Source of the DNA: Candidatus Latescibacterota bacterium
Lineage (GTDB): Bacteria; Latescibacterota; UBA2968; UBA8231
Assembly (NCBI GenBank): GCA_965221775.1
Contig: CBDCSU010000006.1
Span: 96,001-160,000, forward strand
DNA: 64,000 bases
Direction: 5' to 3'
How positions within the stretch are numbered: the first letter of the stretch is position 1; each line of letters opens with the position of its first letter. Of the stretch, positions 56,320 through 64,000 are shown piece by piece. The translations under genes were made by a program, and so were the position numbers. The notes under the pieces are model-generated. The model did not search any database, had not been told where the DNA came from, and was given only the letters and a program-made list of their open reading frames with translations.

Positions 56320-57474
56320 TGCTCTGTTAAAGAGTGGGCATTGAGTTTTGGACCTTCACCAGCTTCGCATCCGCCTTGTTGCGACGTCTCCAAGCGAGGT
56401 ATTCCTGCATTCGCTGGCCTACGTCCCGATGGTCCTCCGGGTCGCTGTTCTTGATGACGAAGTAGTGGGCGGCCGTCAGATGGCATTCGAGCCGATTCAT
56501 CCAGGAGGCGTTGGTGGCGGTGAAGACGAGGTCGACCTGATGCCGTTGACACCATTGCCGGATCGGTTCGGTCGTGTGCGTCGACAGATTGTCGAGGACG
56601 AGGTAGATCCGTCGGGTTTGGTCGTAGCGGCGCCGGATGGCTTTGAGGAAGGTGAGCACCTCCGAGGCGTGCTTCTTGCGCTTGTGATGCATCCACAACT
56701 CGTCCTCGTGGACGTTGTAGGCGCCGAAGAAGTAGCTGACCCCGGCGTGCCGATGGTAGGTGGCCCGATGGCGCACCGGGCGCTTCTGCGGCGCCCACGA
56801 GGAGCCGGCATGGGGCTTGATCTGCACCGGCCCCATCTCGTCGAAGCAGACTACGACCGAGTCCTTCGGCGCCCGCCGGTAGAGTCGGTCGATTCGTTTT
56901 TTTTAGCGGCGAAGTCCGGATCCTTCGACTCCTTCCAGGTACGAGTCCGCTGGTAGGTGACCTTATGCCGGTCCAGGACCTTGGCGATGGTCACGTGCGA
57001 GACCTTGGGGATCATCTGCCGCCCCACCAGATGGTCCGTCAGCTTGCGCAGCGACCACTGGTTGAAGGGTTGGCCGAAGGCCCGAGGCGGCATGGTGGCG
57101 ATTTCCACGACCACGGACTCGTCTTCCGGGGTCAGCGCCGGGGGGCGTCCCGGATGGGCCCGCGTGCGAAGCGACGCCAGCCCTTCCTCGTTGTATTGAC
57201 GCAGCAGCTGGCGCACGTACTCCTCGTGCAGATGCAGCGTCGTCGACAGCTCCTGCACGCGCATCCCCTGGGCGCTGAAGGAGATCAACTGCCCTCGCCG
57301 CATCTGCACGGCATTGCGAGGCCGCTTCAGCCACCGGCTCAGTTCCTTGGATTCCGCGGCGTTCGGGGCTCGAGCATGGAGACACATGGCGGACCCTCCC
57401 AGGCAAAATGGCCATAGGTCCCCATGATACAACGACTTACGGAAAAGTACAAGCCCCAATCCTTAACGGAGCAC
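56319..57474 (-). mobile_element. IS630-family insertion sequence (1156 bp), apparently intact
   Basis: Terminal IRs gtgctctgttaa / ttaacggagcac (11/12 match), TA duplicated on both sides, lower GC. Confidence 0.92.
56327..57387 (-). CDS. IS630 transposase (orfA HTH plus orfB DDE, -1 frameshift at A8 run 56897-56904)
   Basis: orfA PGRPP, WSLRKL, RTWKES.DPDF; orfB VCFDEMGP, VLDNLSTH, ASWMN.LE. Confidence 0.88.
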
Positions 57475-57585
57475 TAGCCTGCGAGGAGCCTCCGCTCCGG
57501 GGCCAGCCCGGCGCTGGGCTTGCGGGCGGAAGGCCCGTCCACCGCCGAGGGGGTTCCTGTCTCGACGCCCCCAGCGAGGCGCCCG

Positions 57586-57591
57586 TATATT
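57586..57591 (+). promoter_or_regulatory. -10 element (TATATT)
   Basis: TCGACG-18 nt-TATATT upstream of an AAGGAG RBS. Confidence 0.45.
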
Positions 57592-57626
57592 CCCGCCTTC
57601 CTTCCCGACCCCAAGGAGAGCCCCAC

Positions 57627-58424
57627 ATGGCCAAGGAAACGACGCGCATCGGCCTGATCGGCTACGGTCAGATCGGCTCCGCCGTGCGCGGCATGATCGA
57701 CGCCGACGCCGGCAACGGCATGGAGATCGTCTTCATCCACGACCAGGACCCCTCGCTGCTGCAGGACCTGCCCGAGGGCCTGGCCCTGGAGGACCTGTCG
57801 CGCTTCGAGGAGCGCGGCCCCGACCTGGTGGTGGAGATGGCCCACCCGGCGGTGACCCGGGAGTGGGGGACGAGGATCCTGGAGAAGACGGACTACATGT
57901 TCATCTCGGTGACGGCCCTGGCCGACCGCGAGCTCGAGACGTCCATCGAGGAGGCCACCGCCAAACACGGCACGCGCGCCTTCGTGCCCCACGGCGGCGT
58001 GGTGGGCATGGACGCGCTCCTGGAGAACCGCGACGTGTGGGAGAGCGTCGACGTGATCATGAAGAAGCCGCCGAAGAACGTGGACTGCGCCGCCGTCGGC
58101 CTCGACCCCGACAGCATCACCGAGGAGACCTGCCTCTACGACGGCCCCACGCGCGGCATCTGCCCCAAGTTCCCCCGCAACGTCAACACCCACGCCGCCA
58201 TCGCCTACGCCGGCATCGGCTTCGACCGCACCCACTCGGTGCTGCTGGTCAACCCCGAGTGGGACACGGCCATCGTCGCCATCGAGGCCCGCGGCCCCGG
58301 GCTGGAGCTGAACGTGGAGCGCACCGAGGGGATCACCGGCGTCACCGGCGCCAGCACCCCGGCCTCGATCTACAACACGGTGCAGATGATCGGCTCCACC
58401 GGCCCGGGCATCCACCTGAGATAG
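57627..58424 (+). CDS. L-aspartate dehydrogenase-like (NadX/DUF108) oxidoreductase
   Basis: IGLIGYGQIG, DLVVEMA, SVTALAD, GG..GMD, KPP, FPRNVN. Confidence 0.8.
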   Translation: MAKETTRIGLIGYGQIGSAVRGMIDADAGNGMEIVFIHDQDPSLLQDLPEGLALEDLSRFEERGPDLVVEMAHPAVTREWGTRILEKTDYMFISVTALADRELETSIEEATAKHGTRAFVPHGGVVGMDALLENRDVWESVDVIMKKPPKNVDCAAVGLDPDSITEETCLYDGPTRGICPKFPRNVNTHAAIAYAGIGFDRTHSVLLVNPEWDTAIVAIEARGPGLELNVERTEGITGVTGASTPASIYNTVQMIGSTGPGIHLR

Positions 58425-58431
58425 CGGCCCG

Positions 58432-59616
58432 GTGAAACCGTACGCCGCGGCCCCGGCGGGGATCCCCCGCTCCGGCATCCGCGAGATCATGGACCTGGCC
58501 TGGGCGACGCCGGGCGTGATCCACCTGGAGGTGGGCCAGCCCGACTTCGACACGCCGCCCCACGTCGTCGAGGCCGCCTGCCGCGCCGCCCGCGAGGGCC
58601 ACACGCGGTACGTGCCCAACGCCGGGATCGACCCCCTGCGCGCCGCCGCCGCCCGCTGCGTGGAGGGCCGCACGGGCGTTCCCACCACGCCGGAGCACAT
58701 CCTCGTCACCCAGGGCGCCGTCCTCGGCGTCGCCACCGCCTTCCTCTCCCTCCTCGAGCCCGGCGACGAGGTGCTGCTGCCCGACCCGGGGTGGCCGAAC
58801 TACGCCATGGCCGTGCCCCTCTTCCACGGCCGCAACGTGTTCTACGAGCTGCGGCCGGAGCGCCGCTTCCTGCCCGACCCGGAGCATGTGGAGTCGCTCA
58901 TCACGCCGCGCACCAAGCTGCTGCTGCTGTGCAGCCCGTCGAACCCCACGGGGCAGGTCCACGGCGGCGAGCTCACGGCGGAGCTGATGGAGGTCGCCCG
59001 CCGCCACGACCTGTGGGTGCTCTCCGACGAGATCTACTCGGAGATCGTCTTCGACGGGGCCGGTCACGTGAGCTGCGCCAGCCACGACCCGGACGGACGG
59101 GTGATCCTCGTCACCGGCATGTCGAAGAGCTACGCCATGACCGGCTTCCGCGTCGGCTTCACGCGGGCGCGGCCCGACTACGTGGAGATGGCCAGCAAGC
59201 TCCAGGAGCCCCTCGTCTCGTGCGGCGTCGCCTTCGCCCAGATGGCCGCGGTGGAGGCCCTGGAGGGGCCCCAGGACTGCGTGCAGGAGATGCGCGGCGC
59301 CTACCAGCGGAGGCGCGACCTGGCCCTGCGGGTGCTGCGCGACCACGGCCTCTACCGCTACACCCCGGGAGGCGCCTTCTACCTCCTCGTGGACATCTCC
59401 GACTCGGGCATGGCTTCGCGGGACTTCTGCCTGGAGCTGATCGAGCGCCACAAGGTGGCCGCCGCCCCGGGCAGCACCTTCGGCCGGGTGTCCGCCGACC
59501 ACGTGCGCATCTCCATCGCCTCGCCGGAGGAGAACATCCGCGAGGGGTTGACGCGCATCTGCCGCATGGTCCACGAGAAGGCCGGCCGCTCCGCCCCGGC
59601 GGCGGCCGGCGGATGA
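58432..59616 (+). CDS. PLP-dependent aminotransferase class I/II
   Basis: VGQPDF, SPSNPTG, SDEIY, SKSYAMTGFRVG, GAFY. Confidence 0.93.
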   Translation: MKPYAAAPAGIPRSGIREIMDLAWATPGVIHLEVGQPDFDTPPHVVEAACRAAREGHTRYVPNAGIDPLRAAAARCVEGRTGVPTTPEHILVTQGAVLGVATAFLSLLEPGDEVLLPDPGWPNYAMAVPLFHGRNVFYELRPERRFLPDPEHVESLITPRTKLLLLCSPSNPTGQVHGGELTAELMEVARRHDLWVLSDEIYSEIVFDGAGHVSCASHDPDGRVILVTGMSKSYAMTGFRVGFTRARPDYVEMASKLQEPLVSCGVAFAQMAAVEALEGPQDCVQEMRGAYQRRRDLALRVLRDHGLYRYTPGGAFYLLVDISDSGMASRDFCLELIERHKVAAAPGSTFGRVSADHVRISIASPEENIREGLTRICRMVHEKAGRSAPAAAGG

Positions 59617-59626
59617 CGGTTCCCGC

Positions 59627-60718
59627 CTACAGGTAGCGCTCCAGGTCCGGGTCGCCGCCGAGGCGGTCGACGATCTCGCGTACCCGCTGGGCCTGGTCCC
59701 TCCGGCAGACGAGGAGGGCGTCCTCGGTGTCGACGACGACGAGGTCCTCCACCCCCACCAGGGCGATCAGCTTCTCCGCCGCGCCGCGGACGATGAGGTT
59801 GCGCCCGTCGATGGCCAGGACCCGGCCGCTGAGCAGGTGGCCCGCCCCGTCGGCCTCGAGCACGTCCGCCACGGCCGCCCAGCTGCCCACGTCCCCCCAG
59901 TTGAGGTCGCCCTCCAGGGCGGCCACGTGCGCCGCCGGCTCGATGATGGCGTGGTCCACGGCGATGGACGGCATGGCCGGGTACTCGCGCTCCACCGCCG
60001 CCTGCCAGCCGACGGATGGTCCCGGGGCGGCGGCCTCGATGATCGGCTGCAGGCGCTCGTGGATCTCCGGGGCGTGGAGCGCGAACAGGTCGAGGACGGT
60101 GCGCGCCTTCCAGACGAACATGTTGGTGTTCCACAAGTAGCGGCCGCTCTGCGTGTACTCGCGGGCGCGCTCCAGGCCGGGCTTCTCGGTAAACTCGGTC
60201 ACCCGCCAGACCGTCTCCTCCCCCACCCGGCACAGCTCCTCCCCCTTGCCGACGTACCCGAAGCCGGTCTCCGGCCGCGTGGGCCGCACGCCGAGGAGGT
60301 AGAGGTACTCCGGGTGTTCGCCCGCGGCGCTCACCGCCGCCGACAGCAGGCGCCGGAACTTGCCCGGGCGGCCGATGTAGTGGTCGGAGCCGAGGCTGGC
60401 CACCGTGCACCCCGGCCAGCGCGCCTCCAGCAGGGCGCACTCGAGGGCCACCGCCGGCCCCGTGTTGCGCAGGGCGGGCTCGACGATGAGGTGGTCCTCG
60501 GGCAGGGCGGGCAACTGCTCGCGCACCAGCCCCACATGGTCCGGGCCGGTGGAGACGAAGACGTCTGCGGGTCCCGCCATGCGCGCGATGCGCGAGTACG
60601 TCTCCTGCAGCATCGTCGACTCGCCGGCCAGGGCCTGGAACTGCTTCGGCCGTTTCTTGCGGCTGCAGGGCCAGAGGCGGGTGCCGACGCCGCCGGCGCG
60701 GATGACGAACTTCAGCAT
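59627..60718 (-). CDS. manC: Mannose-1-phosphate guanylyltransferase
   Basis: AGGVGTRLWP.SR..RPKQF, EP..RNT, SDH.I, PETGFGY, FTEKP, WGDVGSW. Confidence 0.9.
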   Translation of the reverse strand: MLKFVIRAGGVGTRLWPCSRKKRPKQFQALAGESTMLQETYSRIARMAGPADVFVSTGPDHVGLVREQLPALPEDHLIVEPALRNTGPAVALECALLEARWPGCTVASLGSDHYIGRPGKFRRLLSAAVSAAGEHPEYLYLLGVRPTRPETGFGYVGKGEELCRVGEETVWRVTEFTEKPGLERAREYTQSGRYLWNTNMFVWKARTVLDLFALHAPEIHERLQPIIEAAAPGPSVGWQAAVEREYPAMPSIAVDHAIIEPAAHVAALEGDLNWGDVGSWAAVADVLEADGAGHLLSGRVLAIDGRNLIVRGAAEKLIALVGVEDLVVVDTEDALLVCRRDQAQRVREIVDRLGGDPDLERYL

Positions 60719-61677
60719 ACGGGCTCGGCCACCAAGTATTGAAGGGAGGGATCCTGCGGCTGCACCGCGACCCGGCGGTCCGCCGACACCAAGGCCGAGT
60801 CTCCCGCCGCCAGGGACACATCCCCGAGGCGCGCCTCTCCGGCGACGACGGTGACGGCGGCGAAGACCTCCGAGCCCAGGAGCCGCGGTCCCCCGCCGAA
60901 CAGGGTCAGCCGGAAGGAGTCGGCCTCCACCAGGACCTCGCCGTCGGGGCCGGGCGGGGGCGCCGGCCGCGGCTCGGGGGCGTGCGCCTCGAAGTCGATC
61001 ACCTCCATCGCCCGCTCCAGGTGCAGCTCGCGGGGCCTGCCGTCGAGGCCGGGGCGCCCGTAGTCGTGGAGCCGGAAGGTGAGGTCGCTGGCCTGCTGCA
61101 CCTCGTAGACCATCACGCCCCCGCACAGGGCGTGGACGGTGCCCGCCGGCAGCAGCACCACGTCGGCGTCCTCCACCGGCCGGTAGCGGACGGCCTCCTC
61201 GGCGCGGCCGGCGGCCAGGGCCCGCTCCAGGCCTGGGCGGTCGACGCCCTCCTGCAGCCCGAGGACGATCCGCGCCCCCCCGGAGTCCAGCACGTACCAG
61301 GCCTCGGTCTTGCCGAGGGCGCCCAGTCCCTCGCGGCGGGCGTACCCGTCGTCCGGGTGGACCTGGATCGACAAGTCATCGGCGGCGTCGACGAGCTTGA
61401 TCAGCAGGGGGAACTGGTCGCCGTAGCGCGCGCGCACCGGGGCGCCCACGAGGGCCTGTCCGAACTCCTCGGCCAGCCTTGCAAGGCCGCGCCCGGCCAG
61501 CGGCCCCGAGCGCACGACGCTCTCCGCCCCCGGCAGCGCCGAAACCTCGAAGGACTCCCCCACCGGGACGTCCGGCGGCAGGTCCTTGCCGAAGCGCTCG
61601 CCGAGGCGGCGGCCGCCCCACACGGTGCGGCGCAGGTGCGGCTCGAGGGGCAGGATGTCGGGAAGGGATCGGGGCAC
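60712..61677 (-). CDS. manA: Type I phosphomannose isomerase
   Basis: VWGG..L, GES.E, FPLLIKL.DA...LSIQVHP, KTEAWY, GTVHA, EVQQ.SD.TFR. Confidence 0.92.
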   Translation of the reverse strand: MPRSLPDILPLEPHLRRTVWGGRRLGERFGKDLPPDVPVGESFEVSALPGAESVVRSGPLAGRGLARLAEEFGQALVGAPVRARYGDQFPLLIKLVDAADDLSIQVHPDDGYARREGLGALGKTEAWYVLDSGGARIVLGLQEGVDRPGLERALAAGRAEEAVRYRPVEDADVVLLPAGTVHALCGGVMVYEVQQASDLTFRLHDYGRPGLDGRPRELHLERAMEVIDFEAHAPEPRPAPPPGPDGEVLVEADSFRLTLFGGGPRLLGSEVFAAVTVVAGEARLGDVSLAAGDSALVSADRRVAVQPQDPSLQYLVAEPVC

Positions 61678-61793
61678 GGGTTCGCTCGCCGGAGAAACTA
61701 CGCCGGCCCTCTCGCGGTGGACAGCAGACTCCGGGGCGGGCTATGCTAAGCGGCTCCATCCACCACGACGCCCCAACCTCCGGAGAGATTCCC

Positions 61794-62735
61794 ATGGTCG
61801 ATTCCCCCCACCCCCTGATCAACCCCTACGCCCTGTCCGACGACGACGGCTACACCTGGGTCAAGGGCAACCTCCACAGCCACACCACCAACTCCGACGG
61901 CCGCGTCGGCCCGCAGGAGCGCCTCGACGGCTACGTGGGCGAGGGCTACGACTTCCTCTGCCTCTCCGACCACCACAAGATCACGCGCACCGACTCGGTC
62001 GACGCCCCCGACGACTTCGTCCTCATCCAGGGCGCCGAGCTGCACCCGGCCAACCCCTTCGGCGGCCAGGTCCACCACTTCCTCTGCCTGAACATCCACG
62101 AGGACATGGACTCGAGGGCGATGCCGCCCCAGCACGTGATCGACGCCTGCAACGAGCAGGGCGGCCAGGTCTGGCTCGCCCACCCCTACTGGAGCTCGGT
62201 GAACATCCTGCGCGACACCCTGCCCCTGAGCGGCTTCGCCGGCATCGAGGTCTTCAACAGCACCTGCCGCCGCCACGGCCGCGGCGAGTCCGGCCCCCAC
62301 TGGGACGACTGGATGGCCCAGGAGGAGCGCCTCTACCCGTGCCTGGGCAACGACGACTCCCACCAGGCCCAGGAGGCCCGCCACGACACCTACCTCGGAT
62401 GGACCATGGCCCGCGTCCGCGAGCGCACCCCGGCGGCCGTGCTCCAGGCCCTGGCCAGCGGCGCCACCTACGCCTCCACCGGCCCCGAGATCCACGCCAT
62501 CGAGCTGCGCCGTGTGAGCGAGGACGAAGTGGAGGCTCGGGTGCGTTGCTCGGAGGCGCGACGGGTGACCGCGGTGCACGACGTGGTCGGCAAGGAGTAC
62601 CACGAGCACGGGGAGATCTTCGAGGAGGCGGTCTGGGCTCTGCGGCCCAAGGCCCGCTGGGTGCGTTTCGAGGTGATGGGGCCGGAGGGGGAGAAGGCCT
62701 GGTCGAATCCGTTCGATCTGGGGGCGGTGGTGTAG
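61794..62735 (+). CDS. PHP-domain metallohydrolase (CehA/McbA-like)
   Basis: KGNLHSHTTNSDG, SDH, AHPYWS, IEVFN, NDDSH, WSNP. Confidence 0.85.
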   Translation: MVDSPHPLINPYALSDDDGYTWVKGNLHSHTTNSDGRVGPQERLDGYVGEGYDFLCLSDHHKITRTDSVDAPDDFVLIQGAELHPANPFGGQVHHFLCLNIHEDMDSRAMPPQHVIDACNEQGGQVWLAHPYWSSVNILRDTLPLSGFAGIEVFNSTCRRHGRGESGPHWDDWMAQEERLYPCLGNDDSHQAQEARHDTYLGWTMARVRERTPAAVLQALASGATYASTGPEIHAIELRRVSEDEVEARVRCSEARRVTAVHDVVGKEYHEHGEIFEEAVWALRPKARWVRFEVMGPEGEKAWSNPFDLGAVV

Positions 62736-62775
62736 GACGAATGGCAGCCAGGACCAGGAGAGCCGTGATGCCGCG

Positions 62776-63888
62776 ATGACAAGGCTCCTTCTCTTTTCCG
62801 ACCTCCACCTGGACAGCGCATTCGCCTGGATGGCGGGCGACCAGGACGCCTCGAGGGCCCGGCGCCAAGCCCTCCGGGTCACGCTGAATCGCATTGTCAA
62901 CAAGGCCATAGAACTGAGAGTGGACGCCCTGCTTTGTGGCGGCGACCTCTACGAGCACGACCGCTTCACGCCGAACACTGCGGATTTCCTCAAGTCGGAG
63001 TTCGAGCGGCTCCAGCCTGTCCAGGTCTACATCGCCCCTGGAAACCATGACTGGTACGGCCCTCGGAGCCTCTATCGCAGTGTTGAGTGGAGCGACAACG
63101 TCCATGTGTTCACCGAGAGTCACCTGCGGCCTGTCGAGATCGATGACGGGCTGACCCTCTGGGGGGCAGCCCACACAAGCCCGGCCAACACGCCCGGTTT
63201 TCTCGACAACTTCAGGGTAGACCCTGGAGGAGTGAACCTCGCCCTCTTCCATGGCTCGGAGCGGGGCTGGTTTACCGAACAGGGCAAGGGCAAGGCCCTT
63301 CACGCGCCATTCGATGCCGAGCAGATCGCGCGGGCTGGCATCGATCATGCCTTCCTCGGACACTTTCACCATCCCAAAGACGACCCACACTTCACCTACC
63401 CGGGCAACCCTGCCCCACTCAGCTTCGGCGAAGACGGCGAGCGCGGAATAGTCCTGGCCAGCGTCCACGGCGATGCCAGGATTCGACCCGAACGCTTCAG
63501 GGTGCCAGGCACCGAGGCCCACGACATCGATGTGGACATCAGCGGCTGCGCCAACCAGCAGGACATTCGCGGACGCGTCGAGGAGAGCATCAAGGGCCTT
63601 GCGGGAGTCGTGCGCGTTACCCTGAGAGGCGAGCTGGAGCCGAACGCAGATGTCCAAGTCCGCGACCTCCAGTCCCTCTCATTCAGCCCCGATCTTCTTG
63701 CCTGTCAGTTCCGAATCGGGGACATCCATCACGGCTATGATTTCGAGGTCCTCAAGAACGAACCAACGGTCAGCGGCAAGTTCGTCACCAACGTCATGGC
63801 GGCGGATATGCCAGAGGCGGAAGAGCGCAAAGTCCTGATCACTGGCTTGCGCGCTTTGGACGGACGGGAAGACTTGGAAGTCCTCTGA
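62776..63888 (+). CDS. SbcD/Mre11-like metallophosphoesterase (YhaO-type DNA repair exonuclease)
   Basis: SDLHLD, GGDLYE, PGNHD, FHGS, LGHFH, YPG. Confidence 0.9.
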   Translation: MTRLLLFSDLHLDSAFAWMAGDQDASRARRQALRVTLNRIVNKAIELRVDALLCGGDLYEHDRFTPNTADFLKSEFERLQPVQVYIAPGNHDWYGPRSLYRSVEWSDNVHVFTESHLRPVEIDDGLTLWGAAHTSPANTPGFLDNFRVDPGGVNLALFHGSERGWFTEQGKGKALHAPFDAEQIARAGIDHAFLGHFHHPKDDPHFTYPGNPAPLSFGEDGERGIVLASVHGDARIRPERFRVPGTEAHDIDVDISGCANQQDIRGRVEESIKGLAGVVRVTLRGELEPNADVQVRDLQSLSFSPDLLACQFRIGDIHHGYDFEVLKNEPTVSGKFVTNVMAADMPEAEERKVLITGLRALDGREDLEVL

Positions 63889-64000
63889 TGCGGTTCGATT
63901 CCATCACCGCCCACACCTTTGGGCCTCTCGTCGATCAGACCCTGGACCTTGCCCCTGGCTTGACGATCGTCTACGGGCCGAACGAGTCCGGCAAGTCGAG
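63888..64000 (+). CDS. SMC/Rad50-like AAA ATPase (YhaN-type), 5' end only
   Basis: MRFDSITAHTFGPL...PGLTIVYGPNESGKS Walker A; ATG overlaps the sbcD-like stop. Confidence 0.8.
   Translation, partial: MRFDSITAHTFGPLVDQTLDLAPGLTIVYGPNESGKS

Overview
GC-rich bacterial chromosomal segment. A PorV-family gene, rsmB-PASTA-rpe, DUF4321-tatA-gatA, many PhyH-type and heparinase-type genes suggest an FCB-group organism, possibly Latescibacterota-like (inference, not tested). Core blocks: recJ-apgM-GDPD; rsmB-PASTA-rpe; ffh-rpsP-rimM-trmD-rplS; polA, two Rieske genes, amtB, P-II, an aldo/keto reductase and purF; ecfT-truA-htrA-psd-pssA-tatA-gatA-porV-like; pcm, sodN, radC; manA-manC. Accessory parts: a sugar-acid/polysaccharide catabolic cluster (about 24.8-34.7 kb) containing a foreign tandem-PhyH gene wedged between two gene remnants; a decaying defence/toxin-antitoxin island (about 34.7-42.7 kb) with a single-chain R-M enzyme, MntA-HepT, DUF5131 and an unknown low-GC gene pair; and an intact IS630 element inserted in a stop codon. 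Most striking: (1) an ECF sigma factor fused to domains II-III of a DNA sliding clamp (DnaN-like), with a possible clamp-binding motif in its own linker; (2) a full-length Lnt-TatC fusion; (3) tandem Rieske-helical paralogues upstream of amtB-glnK. I saw no rRNA, tRNA or CRISPR array. All family calls come from motif recognition by eye; no database searches were run.
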